64,000 nucleotides of DNA from Mobula hypostoma (GCF_963921235.1 NC_086108.1:10912001-10976000), one strand, 5' to 3'; positions 1-12,112 are shown, counted from the stretch's first letter. The notes: a model not told the origin generated them from the letters alone. Translations and numbers: made by a program.

Positions 1-775
1 GACAACACTTCACCTGCAAATCTGTTGGGGTTGTCTATGTTGTACGCTCCACTCGATGCAGCCTCTTCTACATTGGTGAGACCCGTTGTAAATTGGGAAC
101 CACTTTGTCGAGCATCTCTGCACCATCCACCATAAGTGGGACTTCCGATGGCCAAACATTTTAATTCCGATTCCCATTCCCATGTTGATTTGCTGGTTCA
201 TGGCTTCCTTTTGTGCCAAGATGAGGCCACCCTCAGGGTTGAGCACAACACCTTATATTCCAGCAACACACATAAAAGTTGCTGGTGAACGCAGCAGGCC
301 AGGCAGCATCTCTAGGAAGAGGTGCAGTCGACGTTTCAGGCCGAGACCCTTCGTCACCTTATATTCCACCAGGGTAGCCTCCAACTTGATGGCATGGATA
401 TAGATTTCTCCTTCCAGTAAACGGCCCCCCCACTTCTATTCCTCACTATGAGTTTTTACCTCCTCTCATCTCCCCCTGTGTCCCCTCCTACTTCCCTTTC
501 TCCTATGGTCCACGATCCTCTTCTATCAGATTCCTTCCTCTCCAGCCCTCGAGATTTCCCACTCGCCTGACTTCACCTATCTCCTTTCAGCTAGCCTCCT
601 TTCCCTCCCCATCTTTTTATTCTGGCATCTTCACTCTTCCTTCTCAAGTTGAAGGGTCTCGGCACAATACGTCAACTGTTGATTAATGTCCATAGATGCT
701 GCCTGATCTGCTGAGTTCCTCCAGCATTTTGTTTGCATTGATCTGGATTTCCAGCATCTTAGAGTTTGTTGTGCT
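1..775 (+). mobile_element. Penelope-like retroelement (PLE) 3' fragment: GIY-YIG endonuclease remnant, pyrimidine-rich 3' region, decayed hammerhead
   Basis: From nt 3 the frame reads QHFTCKSVGVVYVVRSTRCSLFYIGETRCKLG (VVY...YIGET GIY-YIG signature). Homologous to 15410-16105, 55444-56056 and 61710-62830. Confidence 0.85.
263..354 (-). mobile_element. Short young PLE terminal-repeat insertion nested in the older PLE
   Basis: Flanked by direct repeat CACCTTATATTCCA (249-262 and 355-368). Near identical to the arms at 30275-30451 and the 3' end of 55444-56056. Confidence 0.85.
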
Positions 776-829
776 GATTATTTTTCACTCAGTGACTGAA
801 TTCCTTATCCTGCCTACACTCATTATATT

Positions 830-1106
830 GGAAATTCACAACGTTGGAAACTAAGTATGGGGGTAGGTGTTAGATACATGAGGGACATTTAAGAAAATCT
901 TAGATAGGCACATGTATGATTGAAAAATGGAGGGCTGTGTGGGAGGGATAAGACCATAAGATATAGGAGCAGAATTAGGCCATTTGGCCCATCAGGTCTG
1001 CACCACCATTTCATCATGGCTGATCCATTTCCTTCTCAGCCCCAGTCTCCTTCTTTCTCCCCGCATCCCTCATGCTCTGACTAATCGATCAGCCTCTGCC
1101 TCAAAT
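830..1106. mobile_element. Two CR1 LINE 3' fragments (about 830-950 plus, about 952-1106 minus)
   Basis: Similar to the 3' end/UTR of the CR1 copies in this window (taagaccataagatataggagcagaattaggcc is the reverse complement of the tail). Confidence 0.7.
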
Positions 1107-1863
1107 CGGGGTCCCCAACCTTTTTTGCACCGTGGACCAGTTTAATATTGACAATATTCTTGCAGACCGGCTGACCGGCGGGTGGGGGGGGGTGGTGGCG
1201 GGTGTTCAAGTGGGGTTAAACTCACTTCAACATGTCTCTTACAGTTAGGGTTGCCAACTTTCTCACTCCCAAATAAGGGACAAAATTAGCAGTCAAATCC
1301 CGGGACACTTGTTTTTACCCCAGGAAAGACTACCATGACCACGAAGCCTTGCGCAGGCACCTGTGTGCGCATGCGTGACGTACGTGTGCGCGTACGTGCC
1401 GATTTTTTTTCCACAAATTGGTTTTGCCTTAATCTTCCAGACTATACTGTACATACATTATTTCTACTTTATATAGGCTGTGTATTTATCATATCATTCC
1501 TGCTTTTGCTATATGTTAGTGTTATTTTTGGTTTTATGTGTTATTTGGTATGATTTGGTAGGTTATTTTCTGGATCTGGGAACGCTCAAAAAATTTTCTC
1601 ATATAAATTAATGGTAATTGCTTCTTTGCTTTACACCATTTCGGCACGAAAGGTTTCTTAGGAACGCTCTACCTTAACAGGGGAAATACAGGACAAGACA
1701 GGTCCTGTATGGGACAAACTAATTTAGCCCAATTTATGGGATGTCCGGGCAATACGGGACAGTTGGCAACCCTATGTACAAGTTCAACAGTGCGTGACAG
1801 GGAATGAGGAAAGGTGCAGCTGACTCGTATCGTTTCCTCGCGGCCCGGTGGTTGGGACTACTG
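1107..1863 (-). mobile_element. Non-autonomous hAT (Charlie/Buster-like) composite MITE
   Basis: Termini CGGGGGTCCCCAACC ... GGTTGGGACTACTG. 8-bp TSD CCTCAAAT (1099-1106) / CCTGAAAT (1864-1871). Segment 1790-1863 is the reverse complement of the start of the hAT element at 23085. Confidence 0.8.
1246..1774. mobile_element. Nested hAT-type MITE with TAGGGTTGCCAAC TIRs, containing a Tigger end fragment (about 1450-1685)
   Basis: Perfect 13-bp TIR TAGGGTTGCCAAC / GTTGGCAACCCTA with GGGAC subterminal repeats. The internal segment is reverse-complement similar to 29013-29250. Confidence 0.75.
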
Positions 1864-1874
1864 CCTGAAATATA

Positions 1875-2210
1875 TCCATTTAATGACAGAGAAATGTATT
1901 CAATTTACATTCTGAAATGCTTTTACTTTGCAACCATCTATGAAAACAGAGGAGTGCCCCCAAAGAATGAATGACAGTTAAATGTTAGAACCCCAAAGTC
2001 CCCCCCAGCTCCCCCCTCATTCCATCGGCCAAAGAAATAGTATCGGCATCCACCACCGAGCGCTCAGGCGTGAACAAAGCAACAGCAGAGACACAGACTT
2101 GCAGTTAACCCAAAGACTTCACGTTTCACCCAGTATTTAACATACCACAGGCTCTCTCTCTCCCTAATTTGAGAGAAGGAGGTGTCTCCATTTTTCACAG
2201 TGAGCGGGGA

Positions 2211-2242
<32 letters not shown>

Positions 2243-3390
2243 CGTTGACTCAGGCCTGAGAGGCCAGCGTCGGGCATTTTCATGCCTTACAAGGTGTGGG
2301 TTGGAAGGCTGTCTGGGGCACCACTCCTCACACAGACAGTTCGCAGTATTTTTCTTTATTTTACGAGGTCGAGTTGCGAGCTCAACACTCAACCCAGCAC
2401 GGATGGAAAGCATACTCGGGAATGGCCCGACTGGATTCGAACCCGGGAACCTCCGTTCCGGAGTCTGGCGCTGATGTCACTGCGCCACCAGCTGACGTAA
2501 CAAACAACTCGCTGGTTTACGATGTTAGAAGTCCGTAGCGTCGCTTTTTTCGAGCTCTGTGCTCAAAGATCACGAGTCTCTGGGCCCACAGCTGCGGACA
2601 TTCCGACTCCCCCGACGACACACGGGTCTCCTGCCGTGACACTGACCCGCGAATGAGGTATAAAAGTGGGGAGGTTCAAAGGGTCTTTTAGTATCAGAGA
2701 ATGTATACAGTACACAACCCAAAATTCATACTCTTCACAGACATCCACAAGAAAAGAACCTCATAGAATGAATGATATAAACATCAAAGCCCCAAGTCCC
2801 TGTTCCCACCTTTCCTCACACAAACAGCAGTAGAAGCATCAACACCGCCCCCCTCGTGCCATCGAGGGAGAGAGAGAGAGAGAGAGATTGCTCTTCTGCA
2901 GCGGAGAGAGTGGAGACCAGCAACTTGCTCTTCCGATGTTACTATCTCCAACATTGCTTCTCCAAGCCCCTTCCCCACCCCCCCCTTCTGTCTTGAGGAC
3001 CGACAGGCTCTCACTCTCTATCAATCAGTTAGAGGGACCTTCCTCTGACAGCAACCGGCGATTAGCAAACAGATTGCCTGCTGTCTCGATGTTTCCGACT
3101 CTCACGACGCTTCCGGCGGCAAAATTGGCGAGGAACCGGTCTGCCCAAGGGGCTGCTCCCCGACTTTCGACCTCACAGTCCTGAGGATGCAGGTCTTCCA
3201 GACCGTTCTGGGAGATAGTGAAGCGCTAGGCCGTATAGTTGGTTTTAAAACACACCGCTTGCGAAGTATTATAGTTTGAACTGTACAGTACACTCCGACA
3301 GAACCCCAAACACTTTGAGAAGAAAAGAAAGAGGTAGGAGAAGAGAAATAAGTTGTTTTGTGGATGAATTAGAAGGAGTTGCCTGCATCT
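1875..3390 (-). mobile_element. Two adjacent non-autonomous retroposons with Rex1-like 3' tails (about 1875-2660 and 2675-3390)
   Basis: Shared tail region (aaagaatgaatga..., cacaacc...attc, gttcaaag). Segment 3181-3390 is homologous to 44600-44685 joined to 48333-48470. Confidence 0.55.
2211..2495 (-). mobile_element. tRNA-derived SINE with (CAT)n tail
   Basis: Minus strand: A-box TGGCGCAGTGAC, B-box GGTTCGAATCC, body shared with 7484-7811; (GAT)n run at 2211-2241. Confidence 0.85.
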
Positions 3391-3524
3391 ACAAAATCAG
3401 CTGACCCAATCATTACATGCTCCACCCAATTGTTGCTGCAATTGGGTTTGTTTCCATGCTAAAAGATTCCATGACCGCTGTGGGGTTTGGTGAGCTGCTT
3501 GGAGCACCGCAGACAGTCCTGATG

Positions 3525-3665
3525 TCAGCTCTCGATCCGAAACATTGATATATCCTTCCCTCACTCCACACACATGCTGCTCGATCTGCTGAGCCCCTTC
3601 TGCAGATTGTGTCTTGTAGATTGTTTGAATTTCTCTCACTAAGGAGGAAAATTCCTGCATTTAAT
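3525..3665 (+). mobile_element. PLE terminal fragment with hammerhead-like motif
   Basis: cagtcCTGATG...ccGAAAcattga followed by atgctgc.c.gatctgctgag...tcc...ttg, as in the other PLE ends. Confidence 0.55.
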
Positions 3666-3745
3666 ATTGTGAAGCTCTGGGGGTGGGGGGAGGGGTGAGT
3701 GTGGTGGACAGCATTTCTAATGATCAGCACTGTTTATTGTTCTTG

Positions 3746-3954
3746 CGTTAAAATGCTTTTGTGGGATTGTGGTGGGAAGTTCCAGTTCATTTATTATTAC
3801 ATTTTAGCTTGTGTGTTTGTCAGTCACCCTGTCTGTCACTGGGGTGTGTGATGGTCACCTCCCCCATCTGTATGAGACTGGTGACGTTCACTCTCTGGGT
3901 CAGGGTTCCAGTCTGTTTTGTGTCGATCACAATAAAACGGTTGTTAAGTTAACA
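3746..3954 (+). mobile_element. Possible small solo LTR
   Basis: (C)GTTAA...TTAACA termini with AATAAA about 20 nt before the end; no TSD found. Confidence 0.3.
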
Positions 3955-4093
3955 AGCTTCCCCATCTGACATGATGGACCAAATGCTCACCACAATATTA
4001 TCATTTCTTTAATGACCAAAAGATCCCATTCTGCTTGAGAATGGGGCAGATTTGACAGAGGTATACAAAATTATGTGGAGCCTAGACAGGGTT

Positions 4094-4470
4094 CAGTGGC
4101 GGGATGGTTACACGTCTCTACCAAAGTAGGTGTAAGGTGCTCCTTCCCTCCGCTTGCCTACAGGTCACCCTTAGGCAAAGTGTAGCACCTGCTTAGCCCC
4201 CGATCAGGGTTACACGAAGCCGTGGGAGCAGGTGGTGGATGGTCATATGAGTAGCTGGTGCATATCACAAGTCCTGGTTATGTGACCGCTGACACCAGGC
4301 AGACAGTCTCTGAAGAGTATTGATAATGACCAGGATCACCTGTCTTGTGAGGACACTTCCCAGATGAAGGCAATGGCAAACCACTTCTGTAGAAAAACTT
4401 GCCAACAACAATCATGGTCACGCGACCATGATCGCCCACATCATATGACAGGGCGCATAATGATGATGAA
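4094..4470 (+). mobile_element. RTE-related non-autonomous retroposon, about 380-420 bp, (GAT)n tail
   Basis: Contains GAAGGCAATGGCAAACCACTTCTG, resembling the BovA/BovB terminal motif. Other copies at 11050-11380, 37223-37606, 43243-43654. Confidence 0.7.
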
Positions 4471-4659
4471 TTAAGGAGGAATATTCTGGGATTTGGAGGC
4501 AGTTAAAGCATAGAGCATTACAGCACAGTACAGGACCCTTTGGATCACAATACTTCAAGAATGTTTAGTGATGAAGGGAGAGGTGAAAGAAATGAGAAAG
4601 AGGAACCATTGAGGAGTCTGGGCTGTTACTGGAAGAAATGTTGAAAAATACAATTCTGA

Positions 4660-5470
4660 GTCATATTCTGGAGGTACAGGAGTCTCAGGTTCCACACCAC
4701 CAGGTTCAGGAACAGTTGTTACCCCACAAACATTCGGCTCCTGAACCAGTGTAGATAACTTCATTTACCTCAACACTGAACTGATTCCAGAACCTATAGA
4801 CTCACTTTCAAGGACTCTACAATTTATGTTTGCAATATCAAATCAAATTCAAGTTTAATTTTCATTCAACCACACGTGGATAGAGCCGAAGGAAACAGCA
4901 TTCCTCTACAGCCAAGGTGCAAAACATATACAGCACATTCAAATAGCGAGCAAAAAACAAATGTAGTCACACAAAAAAAAACACATACATAGCCCAAGAC
5001 CCTGAGTGACATGTCCCACAAATTGATGGTGCAAGAGAAATGTCCAAGACAATCACTTACAGTTACATTGCACGCCACCTTCGCAGACCAACTCCAATAT
5101 TCTCCATGCCTTCCTGTAGCAGGCAGCGCCCAATCCAGCACCTCAGCCACTGTTGGGGTAGATCTGCAGAACGCAAAGTTCTTGCAGTCCAGCGTTGTCT
5201 TGTAATTGTTAAAAAAAATATTTAACAAGGAAAAACACCTTTGGTTGGCCCCCGAGTGGCTGGTGCATCCAAACGCGTCACCATCTTAGCCAAAGCAAAG
5301 TAAATAGTATTGATTTATTTTGTATTTATTATGTTATTTAGTGCATTGTTTGCTTGTCAATGTGTGTTTGTGTGTAGATTGAATTGTGCTTCTTGTTCTG
5401 TTGTGAATGTCTGCAGGGTTGCCATTGTGGCTTATGGATACTGTACTTTGATATAAGTTTGCTGAACTGA
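4660..5470 (+). mobile_element. Rex1-like LINE 3' end, interrupted by a minus-strand non-autonomous element (about 4840-5292)
   Basis: RRYRSLRFHTTRFRNSCYP.NIRLLN-type terminal coding motif. The insert has a (TTGAA)-type tail and begins AAGATGGTG on the minus strand. Confidence 0.6.
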
Positions 5471-5544
5471 GGCTGAAGCTTTGGACCTGCTCCAACTGCT
5501 CTGGGCTCTGTGCCTGCAGGCTCTGCAGCATTTACTCCACTCTG

Positions 5545-6320
5545 TTCAAAGTTTCAAAGGCTCATTTATTACCCAAGTATACAAATCTGAAATTCTTCTT
5601 CTCCAGGTAGCCATGAAACCAGGAAAGAAAAGAATGGCAGCGTGATCATCGACCCCCAAATCACTCCTCCCCCGCACAAAAAAAACCCAAAACGGAACAG
5701 GCACATCAACTCCCAAATCGCTCCTCCCCCGCGCAAAAAGAGAACAAAATGGAACAGGCACATTGACCCCCAAGTCCCTCCTCCTACACAAAGAAAAAAA
5801 CAAGAAAGATTAGGCAAAAACCACAGTATTATATAAAAAAGACTATAAGACTGGAAAAAGTCTACAGTCCAAGTCCACATCTAAAATGCAGGAAACCTGG
5901 GCAACATTCTCCGGGCACAAGGGCAGGCTCCTCCCTTTCCAGTAGCGTAACAAAGCAATCCTCTGCACTCAAAAGACAGGCAGCCAGTGCTCACCCTCCG
6001 CACTCGTCTCGGTTTCAGTCTCGCTTGTTGCTTTAATTGGCGAACATTGGAAACTTTAATCAATGAAATGGAGTCAATCATCAGCTCACGTCCCGTCCCG
6101 CGACTTGTCCACCATGAGGTTCACACACATTGCCTCTGTCTCTCAGAATCCTCCCGAAGACTGCAGAGCACCGTAACAACCAAACGATCTCCAGACTGCA
6201 AATTGCAGGCTTCAACAGTTCCAGAATCACACTCAGGATGAAGAACACACATAAAAGATAAAAGAAGTGAAATATATGATTTCATAATTGATCCAGATGA
6301 TGTCGACTGAAGGAGCACTG
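5545..6320 (-). mobile_element. Non-autonomous retroposon with Rex1-like tail, containing three 57-bp tandem repeats (5647-5810)
   Basis: Tail gttcaaagtttcaaag...tttatt on the plus strand; repeat units start at 5647, 5704 and 5761. Confidence 0.6.
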
Positions 6321-7094
6321 AACTTGACTGGAACTAATGATGAAATGAGGCTGAGGCTGTGGGCCTGCTCCAGTCTTCGTGTCTGTCTTGTTTTGTGGCT
6401 GCCTGTAAGGAGACGAACCTCAAGGTTGTATAATGTATACATACTTTGAACTTTTGACAGGGTTTGACAGGGGTGGATGTTGAGAGGAGGTTAACCCCTC
6501 ATGGGGTAGTCAGATTGGGAACATAGTTTCAGATATATTCTGCAAAGAGCAAGAACTGCAAGTTGTATACTGTCTACATTCTCTGATATTAAACTGAAAT
6601 ATTGAACCATTGAGATAGGAGGTCACCCTGTCAGGCAGAGATGGAGGGGGGTAATTTCTTCCCGGAGGGGAAGTTCTCTCCCAGAGAGCTGTGGAGTGGA
6701 GACACTGAAGGTACTCAACAGCATCAGCTGAAGCACGGGCTCCCCTGGGGGAGCTCCAGCTCGTGCTCCCACTTGCTCCTATACATTCTCTGATGCTGCG
6801 TAGCCTCTGGGCGAGAGCTGATGCTTTGTTCTGCTGCACGCTCCGTGTTTTCATTTCCATTCCGCTCTGACCCCAGGGCCTTGATCCAGTTCTGTCACAG
6901 AGCCAGCCTTTTCCTGCAGTGGTTAATTCACAGCCCTAGAGCCATCTTAAAAAGGCCCCCAAAGACCCCAAAAATAAAGGCACACAAACTAATTAACCCC
7001 TTGTGGCTAAGGCTGATAGCTCCATTGGGTTTATAGATGGTTTAATTAACCAGGGCTTGTCAAAACATCACCTAGTTTGAGTGGATTGGGGAAG

Positions 7095-7345
7095 TAGCCT
7101 GGCAGTTAGGTGGTGCTATTAATGCTCGGAGTTGAGAGTTCAATCCCGGCACCCTCTGTCTCCGTACATCCTCTCCGTGGAATGTGTGGCCTTTGTCTGG
7201 GTGCTCCAGTTTCCTCCACCGTCTGAAGATGTAAGGGTAGGCAAATTGTCCTGTGATTAGGTTAGGGTTAAATTGGGGTTGTCAGTGCATGCTGGGTCAG
7301 TGCAGCTCGAAGGACTGGAAATAATTTGCTAAGTAAGTAAATAAA
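7095..7345 (+). mobile_element. V-SINE/HE1-like SINE (degraded)
   Basis: gagttcaatcc B-box followed by the V-domain-like gtgtgg...gggtgctccagtttcctcc; related to 30820-31090. Confidence 0.6.
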
Positions 7346-7483
7346 CGTAGGATATCGCACATCTAACAGTGCACAGCAAGATCCCATAACCACAGCACCG
7401 GACCAGTGAAAGGCTGTCTACTTTGCTGATGTTGATCCTGGCCCCAGGACATCGGAAACTGACATTAGAACTGACGAAAGGTG

Positions 7484-7811
7484 GGCCGGCTGGTGGCGTA
7501 ATGACATTAGCGCCGGCCGCGGGAGCGGAGGTTCCCGGGTTCCAAACCAGTCGTGTCCGCTCCCAAGTACGCTTTCCATCCGTGCCGGGTTGAGTGTTGA
7601 GATCACAACTTGACCTCCTAAAATAAAGGGAAAATACTGTGAAAATGTCTGTGTGAGGAATGGCACGTCACACAGTCTCTTTCTCGCTCCGCGCCTTGTG
7701 AAAAGCCATGAAAAAGACATCATCACGGATGCACGCACGGATACGCACACACACAGCCGTGCACGCACGCACATGCACAGACCCACACACACGCAGACAC
7801 ACGCCAAAAAA
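7484..7811 (+). mobile_element. tRNA-derived SINE with CA/CG-rich tail, oligo-A and TSD
   Basis: A-box TGGCGTAATGAC, B-box GGTTCCAAACC; TSD AGAACTGACGAAAGGT / AGAACTGACAAAAGGT. Confidence 0.85.
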
Positions 7812-8344
7812 AGAACTGACAAAAGGTTTTGAAGGTGGAATGGTAGACATAGTCAAAGGGACTAGAATATAAAAGCAAGGATGTAATGCTGAGGCTTTAT
7901 AAGGGATTGGTCAGGCTGCACTTGGGGAATGCAGAACAGTTTAAGAAAAGATGTGGTGGCATTGGAGAGGATCCAGAAGAGGTTATTGTAATTTGTCCCA
8001 TCGTTAAGTTCGAGTTAAATTGGGGTTGTCTGTGGGGAGGTTGCTGAGGTAGTACTGCTCGACGGGCCGAAAGGATCTACGCCGCGCTCTTTTGCTAAAT
8101 ACATGTTGAAGTGGGTATTAGAGCGTAATATCTGCAGAATCTGACAATCATACCGGGGACCTACAGACTGAGTTCCTATCACTCCATGGTGAAAGGAGCA
8201 GATTAAACTGGGTGCACACGGTTCATCAAGGACTGATGTTCTATCACATTAATACCACTGGGTCACCCAAGCCCTGAGGGGGGAGCACAGTGTACCTCCC
8301 CACCCTGGCCAATATGTCCCACACCTTCACACCTAATGTCTTCA

Positions 8345-8775
8345 ATGAGTCATTTGAAAAATACAGCACAGAAACAGATCCATCAGCTCATCTAGTCTGC
8401 GTTGAACCATTTAAACTGTCTACTCCCATCGACCAGCACCGGGACCATAGTTCTCCATACCCCTACCATCCATGTACCTATCCAAATTTCTACTAAATGT
8501 TGAAATCAAGCTCGCATGCTCCACTTGTGCTGGCAGCTCGTTCCACACTCTCACCACCCTCTGAGTGAAGAAGTTGCCCCTCATGTTCCCTCTTAAAACA
8601 TTTCACCTTTCACCTTTAACCCCTGATCTCTAGTTGTAGTCCCACCCAACCTCAGTGGAAAAACCTTGCTTGCATTTACCCTATCTATACCCCTCATAAT
8701 TTTGTATACCTCTATCAAATCTCCTCTCAATCTTATAAGTTCCAAGAAATAAAGTCCTAACCTATTCAATCTCTG
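8345..8775 (-). mobile_element. CR1 LINE 3' fragment
   Basis: ORF 8593-8832 contains RLGLYFLELIRLRGDLIEVYKIMRGIDRV, the CR1 ORF2 C-terminus. Confidence 0.9.
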
Positions 8776-8820
8776 AGGTGTGGTAAGTACATTCTCTCTT
8801 GATATAAGCATAGGACTTAC

Positions 8821-9427
8821 TGTACTGTGCAAAAGCCTTATATATAGCTAGGATGCCTAAGGCTTGTTGTACAGTACTGTAGTGATTTTATATATTGAAC
8901 TGTACAGCTGCTGCAAAAAAAAACATACTTCCTAACGTATGTGAGTGATGATTAAAAACCTGATTCTGATATGGGTCTCTGTTATTGACTGAGAGTGGGA
9001 AGAGGGAAGGGAGAGAGGAACCATGGTTGGGAAAAGGGGAGGGGAGAGGAAGACATTCTGTAATGATCAGTAAATCAATTGTTTAGAATCCAATGACCTT
9101 GCCTAGTGTCTCTGGACTGGGTATATCTGTCTCCCGCCACTCCCCCCAACCCTTGGCACTTCTTCTCTGCCATGTATCGCACAGCCCTCCCATGGTGCCC
9201 CACTCTCACCATTCCCAACATCCACTGCTGAGGCCAAATTTAAAGACTCGTTCTCTGTTCCATACTGACAAGTACAATACTGTGCAATTCATCATCCACA
9301 AAGAGGTATTTTGTCTCAATCAGTTTATTTTAATGCACTGGAAAGCAGCCGCAACAAAACTGAAGAGTGAATATGATAAGGCACCCTAACTATATATATG
9401 TGCCTCAGGCTCTGTAGAAAAGTACTA
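8821..9427. repeat. Composite repeat with Tc1-like TIR pieces (TACTGTGCAAAAG) and a Rex-type LINE tail
   Basis: Short palindrome 8823-8876; a similar motif recurs at 9278 and 9380-9427; tail-like aaacctgattctgat at about 8956. Confidence 0.35.
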
Positions 9428-9509
9428 CAGAGTACCAGACTGTTTGGCCCATAATATCTGAACTGACCATGATTTCAACTTAAACTCATCCCATCTGGCA
9501 CATAATTTA

Positions 9510-10965
9510 ATGAAAGTGGCGTTACAGTTAGATAGGATCGTAAAGAAAGCTTTTGGCACATAGGCCTCAGAAATCAAAGCATTGAGTTGAGATGTTATGT
9601 TGAAGACGTTGGTGAGGCCTAATTTGGAGTATTGTGTGCAGGTTTGACCAACTCTCTGCAGGAAAGATGTAAATAAGGTTGAAAAAGTACAGAGAAAATG
9701 TTACAAGGATGTTGCCGAGTCTGGAGGACCTGAGTTATAAGGAAAGACTGAGTAGGTTAGAACTTCATTCCTTGGAATGTAGAAGATTGAGAGGAGATTT
9801 GATAGCGGTATACAAAATTATGCGAGGGGTATAGATAGGGTAAATGCAAGCAGGCTTTTTCCACTGAGGCCATGGGTTAAGAGTGAAAGGTGACATGTTT
9901 AAGGGGAAGATGAATGGAAACTTCTTCACTCACAGGGTCGGGAGAGTGTGGAATGTGGAGCTGCCAATGCAAGTGGTGCAATTTCAACGTTTCAGGATAG
10001 TTACATGGATAGTAGGGGTATGGGGGTCTATGGTCCCAGTGCAGGTCAATGGTAGGCAATTTAAATGGCTTGGCACAGATTAATGTTTCTGTGCTGTGAT
10101 TTTCTACATTTTGAATCACTGGGGAGCCCCACCACCTGGGCGTGGGCCCCACCCTGATTCCCGGCTGATTTTATTCCTATCCAAATACCTTCTAAATGTA
10201 ATTGCTTACAGCAAGTCCCCAGGCAGCGCATTCCAGGCCTCTCAAAAAGTCGAACCCTGCATCCCTGTTGTGAGAGGTGGAAATGGGTAAGGTCAGCCAA
10301 CAGGGCTCTGGTGAAGATGTATAGGCCAATCCCCTGTACAGTGGTTGCAATGGATCACAGAAACATTGATGAATTCCAATCATACCATCCATTTTGCAGG
10401 TCACTGATGGCCTCTGCTCCTCCGGGAGCTAAGGGCCCAGCAAGAAGAACAAGATGGATGATAAACTATGGTCCAAGTGCAGGGTGATGGGATTAGGCAG
10501 TTTAAATGATTCAGCACAGACTAGATGGGCCGAAGGGCCAGTTTCCTCATTGTGCTAACCACTACACCACCATGCTGCCCCTTATAAGAAAAGTTAGAAG
10601 GAAAGTTTGAACAGGTTAGAACTCTATTCCCGAGAAGGTACCAAATTGAGAGGAGATTTGATGGAGGTACACTGAATTATGAAGGGTATAGTTAGGGTAA
10701 AAGCAAGCAGGCTTTTTCCACTGGGGTTAGATGGGACTACAACTAGAGAAGGAACCTTTTCTCTCTGAGGATCATAAGAGTGTGGAACAAGCTACAAACA
10801 GGAGAGGTGGATTCAGGTTTGATTTCAACATTTAAGGGAAATTTGAATAGGTACATGAAAAGGAGTTTAGCAAGGGCTATGGTCCCAGTGCAGGTCGATG
10901 GCAGTGGGTAGAATAATAGTTTGGCATGGAGTAGATGTGCTGAAGAGCCTGATTCTGTGCTGTAT
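9510..10965 (+). mobile_element. Cluster of CR1 3' fragments (about 9510-10095, 10455-10550, 10590-10965)
   Basis: LVRPNLEYCVQ and RRLRGDLI..YKIM motifs, then KGKMNGNFFTHRVGRVWN and CR1 3' UTR. Confidence 0.85.
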
Positions 10966-11049
10966 TTAGCCACAGTATATCCTGCATTCTGTTCTTGTTT
11001 TCCCTTGCATTATCTCTATGTATCGATGTTAAGAAATGTTCCGTATGGA

Positions 11050-11380
11050 TCATTCAATCATTATGCATCGTATGACAGTGGCGATCATGGTCTTTCCAGG
11101 ACCATGATTGTCTTGGCAAATTTTTCTGCAGAAGTGGTTTGCCATTGCCTTCTTCGGGGCAGTGTCTTTACCAGCCATTATCCATACTCTTCAGAGATTG
11201 TCTGCCTGGTGTCAATGGTCGCATAACCAGGACTTGTGATATGCACCAGCTGCTCATACGACCATCCACCACCTGCTCCCATGGCTTCACGTGACCCTGA
11301 CTGGGAATGGGAGGGGGTAGGCAGGCACTACACCTCGCCCAAGGGTGACCGGCAGGCTAGCGGAGTACCTTACACCTCGG
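11050..11380 (-). mobile_element. RTE-related non-autonomous retroposon
   Basis: Reverse-complement match to 4094-4470. Confidence 0.75.
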
Positions 11381-11989
11381 ATAGCGAGCAAAATAAAGTT
11401 TTTCACAGTATCTCTGTGACTGTTATAAACCACTTACCATTGATCTTATCTAACCTTATAACTTTATAAGCAATCAGTCCTTCTATCAGACACCCACTGT
11501 AGTAAATTGACTCTCATGTCTGTGCTTCTCTTGCACAGTAATACAGAACTGTGACAGGATCCCTAGAGTCCACGCCCATCCCAGCCTACACTTTAATCCC
11601 ATGCTTTAACTCCTAGTGTCCTCATTGGCAATTACGTCTTCCCTCTGGCCTTGTGTGTCTTACAGATATATTAGCCTTGCATAACGAGAACAATTCCTCT
11701 TCAGAAGTAATTCATCAGTGGCTTGGGACCAGGGAAATCTGCTGGAATGGATAAAGTGAAGCACAAAGAGAGGCTTCTTCATTCTCCCTCCATTACTCGG
11801 TCTTTAACTCAATGAGGCAACGGCTGGATGATCGATCTGTGAAATCCCTGGTGAACTGAAACAGTATTTTCAAATGTCACGCAGAGATCCTGCTTTTTAT
11901 CGCTGGTGGAGGGGCTGTGGCTGACCAGGTATTGCATACACTCCAGCACAGCAACCCAATCAGCGGAACACAACAGTCACTGCTTTGCC

Positions 11990-12080
11990 TTTACACACAG
12001 TGCTTGGGGCTCCCAGTTCTTTACTCACAGCGTTGGGGTCTCCCTTGTTTTTACACACAATGCTGGGGATGCCTTTCTCC
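11990..12080. repeat. About 30-bp tandem repeat, 3 copies
   Basis: tttac(a/t)caca(g/a)(t/c)g(c)ttgggg...tccc repeated three times. Confidence 0.6.
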
Positions 12081-12112
12081 TTAAATAAAGTTCTGGGTGG
12101 ATAGTTCATTCA

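Noticed and set aside
7484..7560. tRNA gene (also at about 2420-2495, 16630-16705, 41790-41867)
   Set aside because: A/B boxes are present but each continues into a SINE body and tail; no convincing cloverleaf.
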